Source: Clostridia bacterium (GTDB taxonomy: Bacteria; Bacillota; Clostridia; Monoglobales; Monoglobaceae). From it: DNA of 64,000 nt. The position numbers were made by a program, and so were the translations under genes. The notes below the pieces were generated by a model. It had not been told where the DNA came from. It did no database searches and worked only from the letters and a program-made list of their open reading frames with translations. Location of the stretch: contig JAZQUY010000007.1 of assembly GCA_045631525.1 (NCBI GenBank), positions 28,899 to 92,898 of the forward strand, read 5' to 3'. Below are positions 17,331-26,268 of the stretch, piece after piece (within the stretch, counting starts at the first letter, position 1; the number at the start of each line of letters is the position of its first letter).

Positions 17331-17540
17331 TTATTTTCCTTCTTCAAGACCGAAACGTTTTCTGAACTTGTCGATACGACCGCCTGTGTCAACCAACTTC
17401 TGCTTACCGGTATAAAAAGGGTGGCAAGCTGAACAAATTTCGATAGAAACATTTTCCTTTGTTGAGCCTGTTTCAATAACATTTCCGCAAGCGCACTTGA
17501 TTGTTGTTTCTTTGTAATCGGGATGTATTCCTGCTTTCAT
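17331..17540 (-). CDS. rpmE: 50S ribosomal protein L31 (Zn-ribbon type)
   Basis: [27 protein letters not shown]...[13 protein letters not shown]. The ATG lies 9 nt after GAGGTG; the ORF-track GTG lies inside the RBS. Confidence 0.9.
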   Translation of the reverse strand: MKAGIHPDYKETTIKCACGNVIETGSTKENVSIEICSACHPFYTGKQKLVDTGGRIDKFRKRFGLEEGK

Positions 17541-17592
17541 CTCTATATTCACCTCTTTCTTTAGAGTGTTGTAGCTTAAATCAGCATTTTAC

Positions 17593-17621
17593 ATTATAGC
17601 ATAGCATATCGCTAAATGCAA
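17593..17621 (-). promoter_or_regulatory. Promoter of rpmE
   Basis: Minus strand reads TTGCAT-17 nt-TATAAT. Confidence 0.5.
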
Positions 17622-17637
17622 GCTTTTTTTTAAAAAA

Positions 17638-18483
17638 TTAAAAATTTTTCAGGCTTTCTTTGATTTTTTCTTTTAGATATGGGAAGTCAAGGTCTTTTTC
17701 AAGGAAGATTCTATCCGCCCAAAGCCCTTGATATATAAGCATATCAAAGCCGTTGAGAGTTTCAAAACCACGCTTCTTTGCTTCCTTCAAAAAGTTGGTT
17801 TCCTCGGGGTTATAAATAAGGTCATAAACCAAAGTTCCATCTTTCAGGTGGTTAAAGAAGGAGAAATCTTCATAGTCTTTATCCACGCCCGACATACCAA
17901 GAGGTGTTGCGTTGATGAGAAGGTCACAGTCATTTACCACACTTGATATGGTATCAATATTGAAAATATCTGCATTTGCGTCACATTCGCTCAAAAACTG
18001 AGCGATAGTCTGTGCCCTTGACAAAGTGCGATTCAAAATGGTGATTTTTTTGGCACCCTCCATTTCGGATTTTAGAGCAATGGTTGAGGCAGCACCCCCT
18101 GCACCAAGGATGACAATATTTTTGCCACTAAAATCAAATCCTTGTGTTTTCACAGCCAAGGCAAAACCCTGACCGTCGGTGTTGTAGCCAAAAAGCTTTC
18201 CATCCTCAATTTTTACAGTATTAACAGCATCAAAAGCTTTAGCATCTTCGTCAATATAGTCAAGAAAGCCGATGATATCTTTTTTGTGGGGCATAGTCAG
18301 GCTGAATCCGTTTATACCCATAGTTTTTGCTTCGTCAAGGTAATTTTCAAGTTCCCCTTTTTTTACACGGACCCTTCGATATTCAAAGTCAAGACCAAGC
18401 TCTGTAAGGACAGTGCTGTGTATTATTGGAGACTTGCTGTGTGATACCGGGTCACCGATTATGTCAAGTTTAATTTTTTGCAT
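17638..18483 (-). CDS. aroE: Shikimate dehydrogenase
   Basis: GDPVSHSKSPIIHS, ILGAGGAASTIA NADP motif, FGYNTDGQGF. Start at MQKIKLDII, overlapping the aroQ 3' end. Confidence 0.85.
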   Translation of the reverse strand: MQKIKLDIIGDPVSHSKSPIIHSTVLTELGLDFEYRRVRVKKGELENYLDEAKTMGINGFSLTMPHKKDIIGFLDYIDEDAKAFDAVNTVKIEDGKLFGYNTDGQGFALAVKTQGFDFSGKNIVILGAGGAASTIALKSEMEGAKKITILNRTLSRAQTIAQFLSECDANADIFNIDTISSVVNDCDLLINATPLGMSGVDKDYEDFSFFNHLKDGTLVYDLIYNPEETNFLKEAKKRGFETLNGFDMLIYQGLWADRIFLEKDLDFPYLKEKIKESLKNF

Positions 18484-18928
18484 CACCAGATGCCTCCTCC
18501 AAGAGATAATCCATTGCAAGAAGATAGCCACGGAAACCAAGACCTGCTATCTGACCTGTGCAGGCAGGGGCGGTAACTGACTTGTGCCGGAACTCCTCAC
18601 GCTTATATACATTGCTTATGTGAACTTCTACGGCAGGGAGATTTACTGACGCAAGTGCATCACGGATTGCATAGCTGTAATGGGTATATGCACCGGGGTT
18701 TATGATGATGGCATCATAATTTCCAAGAGAGTGGAGGATGAAATCAATAAGTTCACCCTCGCTGTTGCTTTGGAGGACCGTCGCTTCAACACCTTTTTCA
18801 TTTGCATAGTTTTCAATGAGTGCTTCAAGGTCAGCATAGCTTTCGCTTCCATAAATTCCTACTTCGCGGGCACCAAGCATATTGAGATTTGGACCATTTA
18901 GCACCATAATTTTCATTTTTTCAGCCAT
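18470..18928 (-). CDS. aroQ: Type II 3-dehydroquinate dehydratase
   Basis: VLNGPNLNMLGAREVGIYG, INPGAYTHYSYAIRDAL, VEVHISNVYKREEFRH. Confidence 0.9.
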   Translation of the reverse strand: MAEKMKIMVLNGPNLNMLGAREVGIYGSESYADLEALIENYANEKGVEATVLQSNSEGELIDFILHSLGNYDAIIINPGAYTHYSYAIRDALASVNLPAVEVHISNVYKREEFRHKSVTAPACTGQIAGLGFRGYLLAMDYLLEEASGDAKN

Positions 18929-19424
18929 TTTGAATTTTCACCTCGTTTATTATTTTTTCGACTGCTGAGTTTAAATCGGCAGTGTTTTGAATTTCAATAT
19001 CACAAAAATCTTTATACTTTTCGATGCGTCTTTCGTAAAGTTCAAAAAGCCGTTCTTTTCCGCTTTTGAGTAGTGGACGATTTGATGAATCAATGTCGCT
19101 TGCAATAAGCTCTACCGGGCGGTTTATGAAAATCACAATGCCGCCTTGTTTCAGGATATCTTTATTCTCATTTCGTTCCACAATGCCGCCGCCGGTGGAA
19201 ATGATAGCATCATTTTTCTCACAAAGCCTGGCTACTATTTTCGTTTCTTCATCTCTGAATGTGCTTTCGCCGTAGGATGCGAAAAAGTCTGTGATTTTTA
19301 TATTTTTTGATTCTTCGAAAACTGCATCAGAGTCAAAAAATTCTTTCCCTAAAGCCATGGCGAGCTTTTTGCCTATGGAAGTTTTTCCACAACCGGGCAT
19401 ACCTATGAGAATGATATTTTTCAT
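18921..19424 (-). CDS. aroK: Shikimate kinase
   Basis: P-loop IILIGMPGCGKTSIGKKLA, about 167 aa. ATG at 19424 (an alternative GTG at 19433 overlaps the pheA stop). Confidence 0.85.
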   Translation of the reverse strand: MKNIILIGMPGCGKTSIGKKLAMALGKEFFDSDAVFEESKNIKITDFFASYGESTFRDEETKIVARLCEKNDAIISTGGGIVERNENKDILKQGGIVIFINRPVELIASDIDSSNRPLLKSGKERLFELYERRIEKYKDFCDIEIQNTADLNSAVEKIINEVKIQNG

Positions 19425-19429
19425 AAAAA

Positions 19430-20587
19430 TCACAGCCTTTCTGATGGAGAGCCCGCGGCGTGATAGTTGCCTAAAATTTTCAATTGGGTTGTATTCTCCT
19501 GTATGGCGGATATGACGTTTTGGACATCACTATCAAGCAGATTGCCCTCGAAATCTATGAAAAACATATATTCAAAATTCTTGTCGCATCGGGGTCGGGA
19601 TTCTATTTTTACAAGATTTAGCCCGCTGTTTTTAAATTCTGAAAGGATTTGACAAAGCGCGCCGCTTTCGTTAGGCAGTGTCAAAAGAACACTGATTTTA
19701 TTGCAGCTTTCATTCAAAATTCCGCGTTTTGCAATGGCCACAAAGCGTGTAACGTTGTTTTGATTTGTGCTGATGTTTTCAGCCAAAACGCTGAGCCCGT
19801 AAATTTCGGCTGTACGCTTGTCTGCGATTGCTGCAACAGAGGTATCGCTAAGACCTGCTACATACTTTGCGGCAAGTGCGGTGTTGTGGTATGCAGAAAA
19901 TTTCATCTTTGGGTAGTTCTTGAAAAATTCTTTGCATTGAAGATAACCTTGCTCGTGTGAATAAACCTGACGAATGGAGTCAAGGGTTGCACCTTTTGGT
20001 GCAACAAGACAGTGGGTTATTGAAACATCCACCTCGCTTACAATATAAAGCTCACGATTTTCCAAAAGGTCAAAGACCCCTGAAATCGAGCCAGTTGACG
20101 AATTTTCAAAGGGCAGAACTGCATAATCTGCCTGTCCCTCCTGAAGTGCGTCGAGAGTTTCGGCAAAGGTCATAACATTTATACGTTTTGTATCATCACC
20201 AAAAATCTTCATAAGAGCCGTTTCGCTGTTGGCACCAGCCACTCCCTGAAAAACCACGGTGGGGTTTGTTTTGAGACCGCATTGGTCAAAGCCCTCAAAA
20301 AGAGAATTTTCCAAATTGCCATCTGACAAAAGCTGTCTTTGAGATTTTCGGCTGATTGCCATTATCGAAGAGAAAAAGTCACGGACAAACGCTGCCTTGT
20401 CAGATGAAACAGAGGAAGCCTTTTTGTCAAGAATTTCACTTTCCCGTGCCTTGTCCAACACCGGAAGAGCGTTTTTCTTTTTGTAATCAGCCACTTTTTT
20501 TGAACATTCCATTCTTTTCAGGAAAAGAGGGAGAATCTCGCTGTCAATTTCGTCTATTTCGCATCTTAGAGTTTCAAGTTCGTTCAT
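19430..20587 (-). CDS. pheA: Bifunctional chorismate mutase / prephenate dehydratase with C-terminal ACT domain
   Basis: N-terminal CM_2 helix region (LRCEIDEIDSEILPLFLKRMECSKKVADYKKKN), PDT domain (VVFQGVAGANSE), ACT region (LVKIESRP...FFIDFEG). Confidence 0.85.
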   Translation of the reverse strand: MNELETLRCEIDEIDSEILPLFLKRMECSKKVADYKKKNALPVLDKARESEILDKKASSVSSDKAAFVRDFFSSIMAISRKSQRQLLSDGNLENSLFEGFDQCGLKTNPTVVFQGVAGANSETALMKIFGDDTKRINVMTFAETLDALQEGQADYAVLPFENSSTGSISGVFDLLENRELYIVSEVDVSITHCLVAPKGATLDSIRQVYSHEQGYLQCKEFFKNYPKMKFSAYHNTALAAKYVAGLSDTSVAAIADKRTAEIYGLSVLAENISTNQNNVTRFVAIAKRGILNESCNKISVLLTLPNESGALCQILSEFKNSGLNLVKIESRPRCDKNFEYMFFIDFEGNLLDSDVQNVISAIQENTTQLKILGNYHAAGSPSERL

Positions 20588-20608
20588 TTTGGGTTCTCAC
20601 TTTCAAAT

Positions 20609-21673
20609 TCAAAGTATGCTGTCAAGAACAGCAAGTGCCGCGCCGCATTCCACTACTACCGCTGCGCGCTGAACAATGCAGGGATCGTGACGACCTTTTA
20701 TTTCTATGGTTGCATTTTCCATTTTTTCTGTGTCAACAGTGTTTTGCGTTTGCGCGATTGATGGGGTTGGCTTTATTGCCACCGAAAAGAGAATGGGCAT
20801 CCCGTTTGATATTCCGCCGTTTATTCCGCCGTTGTTGTTTGTAGTGGTAAAAATCTTTTCGCCATCAGTCTGGAAAGGGTCGTTGGCAACACTGCCCTTG
20901 AGGTTTGCAAAGTCAAAGCCTTTTCCAAATTCAATCCCTTTGACTGCGGGGATTGAAAACATCATTGACGAAATAGTGCTTTCAAGTGATGCAAAAAACG
21001 GTGAGCCACATCCTGCAGCAAGACCAAGGACAGCACATTCGATTATTCCGCCAACGGAATCTTTTTCGCTTGCAGCACTCAGGATTGCCTGTTTCATTTT
21101 TTCACCTGTCTCGTCCGAGATAACGGGGAAATCTTTCAAAGAAAGTTCATTCAGCAACTCTTTTGAAAGAGGAGAGTCCATAAAAGATGTTTCTTTTATG
21201 TCATAGATTTGTTTTATGTGAGAGCCAATGGAAATGCCTTTTTGCGACAAAAGCTGTTTGGCAATAGCTCCTGCAAAAACCAATGGCGCGGTAATTCTTC
21301 CCGAAAAGTGTCCGCCACCACGAAAATCGTGAGAGTTACCGTATTTCTGAAAACCGGTGAAGTCAGCGTGACCTGGGCGGAGAAGATTTTTGTTATAGTC
21401 CTTTGATTTTGTATTGGTATTTTTTATGATTCCGCAGATTGGTGTTCCTGTGGTGACAGAGTTCATAACACCAGAGAGGATTTCAACCTCATCAGCTTCT
21501 TTTCTTGGAGTTGAAAGGGCGTTTTGACCGGGAGCTCTTCGGAGCATTTCATGGCGAATAAAATCCATATCAAGAGAAAGTCCTGATGGAATTCCGTCAA
21601 GCACAACGCCAATAGCAGCCCCATGGGATTCACCGAATATACTAATCTTTATTTTGTTGCCCCATGTATTCAT
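20609..21673 (-). CDS. aroC: Chorismate synthase
   Basis: FGESHG, RPGHADF, SGR motifs; 354 aa. Confidence 0.9.
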   Translation of the reverse strand: MNTWGNKIKISIFGESHGAAIGVVLDGIPSGLSLDMDFIRHEMLRRAPGQNALSTPRKEADEVEILSGVMNSVTTGTPICGIIKNTNTKSKDYNKNLLRPGHADFTGFQKYGNSHDFRGGGHFSGRITAPLVFAGAIAKQLLSQKGISIGSHIKQIYDIKETSFMDSPLSKELLNELSLKDFPVISDETGEKMKQAILSAASEKDSVGGIIECAVLGLAAGCGSPFFASLESTISSMMFSIPAVKGIEFGKGFDFANLKGSVANDPFQTDGEKIFTTTNNNGGINGGISNGMPILFSVAIKPTPSIAQTQNTVDTEKMENATIEIKGRHDPCIVQRAAVVVECGAALAVLDSIL

Positions 21674-22944
21674 TTTATATTACCTCCAAGTCTTGCATAA
21701 TCATCAAAAAATGCGGGATATGATTTTGTTATTGCTTTTTTTGCACCTTTTATGAAAATGTCGCCTTCACTGCGGCAGGCGGCGATGGAAAGTGCCATTG
21801 CAATGCGGTGGTCGTTCCATGAAGCAAGGTCACATCCCCGAAGAGTTTGTTTTCCTGATATTTCCAGAAAGTCATCACCCTCTGTTATATCAGCGTCCAT
21901 TTTTGAAAGCTCTGATGCCATTGCAGCAAGACGGTCGCTTTCCTTGAGCCTGAGCCTTGCGGCATTTTCAATGCGGCTTTTTCCTTTGCAGAAAGAAAGC
22001 AGAACTGAAATGATTGGAACAAGGTCAGGAATTTCGTCTGCATCAACCGTGATGCCGTGCATAAGTGCAGATGAACTTGCTTTCAAAGTGTCATTATCAA
22101 TCCAAGTGACTTTTGCACCTGTTTTTTCAAGAATTTCAGTTATTTTTTTGTCGCCCTGAAGACTATCTTTTTTTAGACCCTTACACGAAATATTACAGCC
22201 AAGAGCGCCGGCAACAAGGAAAAATGCCGCCTGTGAGAAATCGCCCTCCACAGTATAATTTGTGGCAATATATTTCTGGTTTCCCTTGATTGTAAAGGTT
22301 TTATAGTCAAAGTTTTCAATTTCAATACCGAAAGATTTTAAAACGTCAAGTGTGATATCTATATAACCTTTTGAGGAGAGGTTTCCCTCTATTTTGATTA
22401 CGCTGTCGCCGTCAAGAATGGGAAGAGCAAACAAAAGTCCGGTCAAAAATTGTGAACTGACACTGCCGTCCAAAGAGAACTCGCCGGAGGTGAGTTTTCC
22501 TGAAAGGGTCAGGACATTTTTAGTTTTATGATATTTGATGCCTTTTTTCTGAAAAATTTCAAAGTACGGTTCAAGAGGCCTTTCCATAAGCTTTCCATGA
22601 CCTTTAAAACTTGCACTGTTTCCAAGAGCCAAAGCTATGGGAATAAAAAACCGCAAGGTAGAGCCGCTTTCTCCACAGTCAAGCACGGGAGGTTCAGCAG
22701 AATGTGTATTATTTGTTCTTTTGAAGAAAACGGCTTGCTTTTTTTTGTCGTATTTTGCATTTCCACCCAAAGCTTTCACACAGGAAAGTGTGGCTTCGAT
22801 GTCTTTCGAAAACGCTATGTTTGACACAGTGCAAGGTGAATTTGACAAAAAAGCCGAGATGATTGCTCTGTGAGCAAAGCTTTTCGAGGGTGGGATTTTC
22901 ACAGTGCCCAAGAGGGGCGAAGGGGTGATTGTTACCATATCCAT
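21670..22944 (-). CDS. aroA: 3-phosphoshikimate 1-carboxyvinyltransferase (EPSP synthase)
   Basis: 424 aa with PPSKSFAHRAII, GESGSTLRF, LKESDRL, NDHRIAMALS. Confidence 0.9.
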   Translation of the reverse strand: MDMVTITPSPLLGTVKIPPSKSFAHRAIISAFLSNSPCTVSNIAFSKDIEATLSCVKALGGNAKYDKKKQAVFFKRTNNTHSAEPPVLDCGESGSTLRFFIPIALALGNSASFKGHGKLMERPLEPYFEIFQKKGIKYHKTKNVLTLSGKLTSGEFSLDGSVSSQFLTGLLFALPILDGDSVIKIEGNLSSKGYIDITLDVLKSFGIEIENFDYKTFTIKGNQKYIATNYTVEGDFSQAAFFLVAGALGCNISCKGLKKDSLQGDKKITEILEKTGAKVTWIDNDTLKASSSALMHGITVDADEIPDLVPIISVLLSFCKGKSRIENAARLRLKESDRLAAMASELSKMDADITEGDDFLEISGKQTLRGCDLASWNDHRIAMALSIAACRSEGDIFIKGAKKAITKSYPAFFDDYARLGGNIK

Positions 22945-23987
22945 ACCTTGCCTTTCTCGGTGGGCACCAAAGATACCTTGCCTATTTTTTCAGGGAGTAT
23001 GAGGGATACAAGATTACCCTCACCTTTTTTATCTACTTTTATTGCATCAAGAAGTGATTTTTCGTCTATATCAATTTTGGTGGGAAGCCCAAAGGCTTCA
23101 ATCAATTTTTCTATACGCTCTGATGTCCCCAAGGGGGTAATTCCCGTCTTTTCGCCGTACTCTGCTGCCATGACCATGCCACACGCCACAGCTTGTCCGT
23201 GGGAATAATCCTTAAAATTATATTTTTTTTCGATAGCATGACCAAAGGTGTGTCCAAAATTTAAAATCATACGCTTTCCTGTATCGAGTTCGTCTTCTTC
23301 AACAACCATTTTTTTAAGCTCACAGCAACGGGAAATCACATCTTCTATGATTTCTCCTATTTTGATACGGGATGGAGCTGTTTCAAATTTTTCAAAAAGC
23401 TGCTCATCAAGAATAACCCCATATTTTATTGCCTCAGCCATACCGTCTGAGAAGATTTCGTCAGACAGCGTATCAAGACAGAGGGGGTCAATAATAACGA
23501 GCTTTGGCTGATAAAAAGCGCCAACTAAATTTTTGCCTTGAGGGAGGTTTATTGCAACCTTTCCACCAACGCTGCTGTCAATTTGTGCAAGAAGAGTTGT
23601 GGGTATCTGAACAAAAGGAATTCCGCGAAGCAGTGTTGAGGCGCAAAAACCTGCAAGGTCACCCACGATTCCGCCGCCCAGGGCTATTATTAAATCGCGT
23701 CTTGTGATTCCAAACTCAAGCATTTTGTCATAAAGAACAGAAAGGGTTTCGGGGGATTTTGAGCCTTCGCCCGGGGCAACAGTAATAAGAGTAGTTGAAA
23801 AGCCGTTTTCTCTAAGCGAAGATATAAGGGTTTCGCTGTAAAGAGGAGCAACATTGCTGTCGGTGACTATTGCCGCTTTGCAGGGATTAATCAGTTCTTT
23901 GATGAGCTTTCCGCTGTTTTTAAGTAGTCCTTTTTCAATTTTTATTTCATATTCCCGACCGGGAAGGTCTATACAAAGATTTTGCAT
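22932..23987 (-). CDS. aroB: 3-dehydroquinate synthase
   Basis: GGGIVGDLAGFCAST, SSVGGKVAINL, FGHTFGHAIE metal/NAD motifs. Start at the ATG (MQNLCIDL) after a GGAGG RBS. Confidence 0.85.
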   Translation of the reverse strand: MQNLCIDLPGREYEIKIEKGLLKNSGKLIKELINPCKAAIVTDSNVAPLYSETLISSLRENGFSTTLITVAPGEGSKSPETLSVLYDKMLEFGITRRDLIIALGGGIVGDLAGFCASTLLRGIPFVQIPTTLLAQIDSSVGGKVAINLPQGKNLVGAFYQPKLVIIDPLCLDTLSDEIFSDGMAEAIKYGVILDEQLFEKFETAPSRIKIGEIIEDVISRCCELKKMVVEEDELDTGKRMILNFGHTFGHAIEKKYNFKDYSHGQAVACGMVMAAEYGEKTGITPLGTSERIEKLIEAFGLPTKIDIDEKSLLDAIKVDKKGEGNLVSLILPEKIGKVSLVPTEKGKVWIW

Positions 23988-24048
23988 ATTTGTGAAAATC
24001 CTCCTGAATATACAATACATTTCATTTTAACACAACATTAAAAAAATT

Positions 24049-24918
24049 TCAATAATTTTCGGGCTCTTTGTTTTGCATTGTGAGTTTATTGTCTCTCACC
24101 GAAGAAAGAAGCTTGATAAGTTCTTCCTTGTCGTTATTTTCTATTGCAGCTTTGAATTTTTGCAGAGAACTCAAAAAGATAGAAAGTTCATCAAGCAAAA
24201 AGTCTTTGTTTTCAAGGAATAGCTGACTCCAGAGCATTGGGTTTATGTTGGCGATTCGGGTACAGTCACGAAAGGCTCCGGCTGTATACGCACGGTTCAT
24301 TTTGGTGTTATAATCAAGACAAAGGGCGGAGGCGGATACGTGCATCAAATCGCTTGTATATGCGATTACACTGTCGTGTTCTTCGGGAGTGCTTTCGGTA
24401 ATCCTTGTTGCACCGATGTATTTTGCCATTTCCTTCACCAATTCTATTGAATGAATCGAGGATGAGGGGATGGGGGTCACAATAAATCCGCACATACCAA
24501 AAAGCTCAGGTGCGGCACTGTCAAAGCCGTCAGTTTCTTTTCCTGCCATAGGATGCCCACCTACATAATCACAGCCGTCGGGCAGGATTTTTGCGATTTC
24601 TTCGGCGAGCTTTGTTTTAACGCCGCAGACGTCGGTTATAACAGCACCTTTTTTAAAATGGACACGATTTTCTGCAATAATCTTTGTTATAAGCTCAGGA
24701 TACACACAAAGAATAACCAGGTCAGCATTTTCTATTGCAGGCGCAGGGGTTTCCCATACCTCGTCCACAGCATTTTTTGAAAGTGCTTTTCTTCGGGTTT
24801 CGGGATTTATGTCACATCCTGAAATTTTTGCACTTTTGAATCCGTGCAGGGCATAAGCCATAGAGCCGCCGATAATACCAAGCCCGATTATTGCGATTTT
24901 AAAGTGGTTTTCCTCCAT
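24049..24918 (-). CDS. tyrA: Prephenate dehydrogenase
   Basis: Rossmann IAIIGLGIIGGSMAYAL and GGHPMAGKE catalytic region; 289 aa. Confidence 0.85.
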   Translation of the reverse strand: MEENHFKIAIIGLGIIGGSMAYALHGFKSAKISGCDINPETRRKALSKNAVDEVWETPAPAIENADLVILCVYPELITKIIAENRVHFKKGAVITDVCGVKTKLAEEIAKILPDGCDYVGGHPMAGKETDGFDSAAPELFGMCGFIVTPIPSSSIHSIELVKEMAKYIGATRITESTPEEHDSVIAYTSDLMHVSASALCLDYNTKMNRAYTAGAFRDCTRIANINPMLWSQLFLENKDFLLDELSIFLSSLQKFKAAIENNDKEELIKLLSSVRDNKLTMQNKEPENY

Positions 24919-24948
24919 AACAAGATACCTTTACCTTTCAAGTATAAA

Positions 24949-25968
24949 TTATTTTATTTCCTTCCCAAAGTGAACGCTCATAGCTCTGAGTTTAGTCATA
25001 AGACTTTCGTACTGAGGAAGGTCGAGAGACTGGGCACCGTCACAAAGAGCATTTTTGGGGTCATTGTGAATCTCCACAATTATGCCGTCAGCACCTACCG
25101 CAAGGGCAGCAAGGGAGAGGGGTTCGACCATCCAGCTTATGCCCGCAGAGTGAGAGGGGTCCACCACAACAGGCAGGTGACTCATCTTTTTCACTGCAGG
25201 GATGGCACTGAGGTCAAGGGTGTTTCTGGTATAGGTTTCGAAAGTCCTTATTCCACGCTCACAAAGAATAACGTTGTGATTTCCACCTGCCATAATGTAT
25301 TCGGCTGACATCAGCCATTCTTCAATGGTTGCTGAAAGTCCGCGTTTCAAAAGGATGGGCTTTTGGATTTTGCCAAGCTCTTTGAGAAGGTCAAAGTTCT
25401 GCATATTTCTTGCCCCAACCTGAATAATGTCAACATTTTCATTGAAGGTTTCAACCAGAGAGGGACACATTATTTCAGTTACAATAGGGAGATTTGTTTC
25501 GCGGCGTGCCTCCTTCAAAAGCTCAAGTCCCTCAAGCTCAAGGCCCTGGAAAGAATAAGGAGACGTGCGGGGTTTGTAGGCGCCACCGCGGAGAAAGGAT
25601 GCCCCGCTTTCCTTTACGCCTTTTGCAACTGTGAGAATTTGTTCTTTTGATTCAACACTGCAGGGGCCTGCCATAACAACAAAGCTTTTGCCGTCACCGA
25701 TTTTTGCATTGCCAACTTCTATTACTGTATTGTTGGGGTGAAATTTTCGGTTTGCTTTTTTGAATGGCTCCTGGACACGCATAATGCGTTCCACATCAGG
25801 GTCAAGAAGAAGACGGTCGGCATCCAGGGCGTGAGTGTCGCCCACAAGACCCATAACGATGCTGTCTTTTCCTCGGATAAGGTCGATGTCAAGACCTTTT
25901 GCCTTGAAATCCGCCATCATCATATTTAACTTTTCTTCTGCTATTGTTGTTTTTGTTACGATTACCAT
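24949..25968 (-). CDS. aroF: 3-deoxy-7-phosphoheptulonate (DAHP) synthase, class I-beta with N-terminal ferredoxin/ACT-like regulatory domain
   Basis: N-terminal approx. 70 aa (MVIVTKTTIAEEKL...IVMGLVGD) resemble the Thermotoga-type regulatory domain. Catalytic core has VMAGPCSVES, RGGAYKPRTSPYSFQG, VDPSHS. Confidence 0.85.
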   Translation of the reverse strand: MVIVTKTTIAEEKLNMMMADFKAKGLDIDLIRGKDSIVMGLVGDTHALDADRLLLDPDVERIMRVQEPFKKANRKFHPNNTVIEVGNAKIGDGKSFVVMAGPCSVESKEQILTVAKGVKESGASFLRGGAYKPRTSPYSFQGLELEGLELLKEARRETNLPIVTEIMCPSLVETFNENVDIIQVGARNMQNFDLLKELGKIQKPILLKRGLSATIEEWLMSAEYIMAGGNHNVILCERGIRTFETYTRNTLDLSAIPAVKKMSHLPVVVDPSHSAGISWMVEPLSLAALAVGADGIIVEIHNDPKNALCDGAQSLDLPQYESLMTKLRAMSVHFGKEIK

Positions 25969-25993
25969 AATTATCAAGACCTTTCTTAATGAT

Positions 25994-26030
25994 AAATAAA
26001 AAAGAGAGCCCGCTGTATAACGAGCTCTCT
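25994..26030 (-). terminator. Intrinsic terminator in the aro-operon leader (attenuator)
   Basis: Minus strand reads AGAGAGCUCG-uuauacag-CGGGCUCUCU (10 bp, one G.U) followed by UUUUUUAUUU. It ends about 6 nt before the AAGAAAGG RBS of the DAHP synthase gene. Confidence 0.8.
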
Positions 26031-26049
26031 GATAAAGTTTAAAATTGTG

Positions 26050-26190
26050 CTAAATGGTGGCAGCACATATCAGCCCGTTATACCGTAAATTTTTGGCAAA
26101 GTAAAAATAACCGTAGCTAAAATAAAAGCTAAGGCTGATAAAGTAAAAGAAATATTTAACTGCATGAAGAAGATTTTCTGCAAGTTTCAT
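26050..26190 (-). CDS. Putative 46-aa Phe/Tyr-rich leader peptide of the aromatic amino-acid operon
   Basis: ATG at 26190 preceded by GAAAGGA. Translation is MKLAENLLHAVKYFFYFISLSFYFSYGYFYFAKNLRYNGLICAATI, then TAG. 13 of residues 13-31 are F (7) or Y (6). It lies between a promoter and a terminator and is too short for the ORF track. Confidence 0.6.
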   Translation of the reverse strand: MKLAENLLHAVKYFFYFISLSFYFSYGYFYFAKNLRYNGLICAATI

Positions 26191-26223
26191 ATTCTAAAAG
26201 TATCCTTTCACCATTTTCTAAAA

Positions 26224-26253
26224 ATTTTAGCACAGTAAATCGATAAAGTCAAG
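26224..26253 (-). promoter_or_regulatory. Sigma-A-type promoter of the aro operon leader
   Basis: Minus strand reads TTGACT-17 nt-TAAAAT. Confidence 0.6.
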
Positions 26254-26268
26254 ACTTTTTTGAAATTT

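Noticed and set aside
26045-26066. The plus-strand string AAATGGTGGCAGCAC resembles the conserved T-box sequence (..GGGTGGTACCGCG), suggesting a T-box riboswitch in the aro leader.
   Set aside because: It is on the wrong strand for the minus-strand operon, and no plus-strand gene follows it. On the relevant strand it reads GTGCTGCCACCATTT, with no specifier loop or AGAGA/GNUGGNA elements. It is instead part of a small hairpin around the leader-peptide stop codon.
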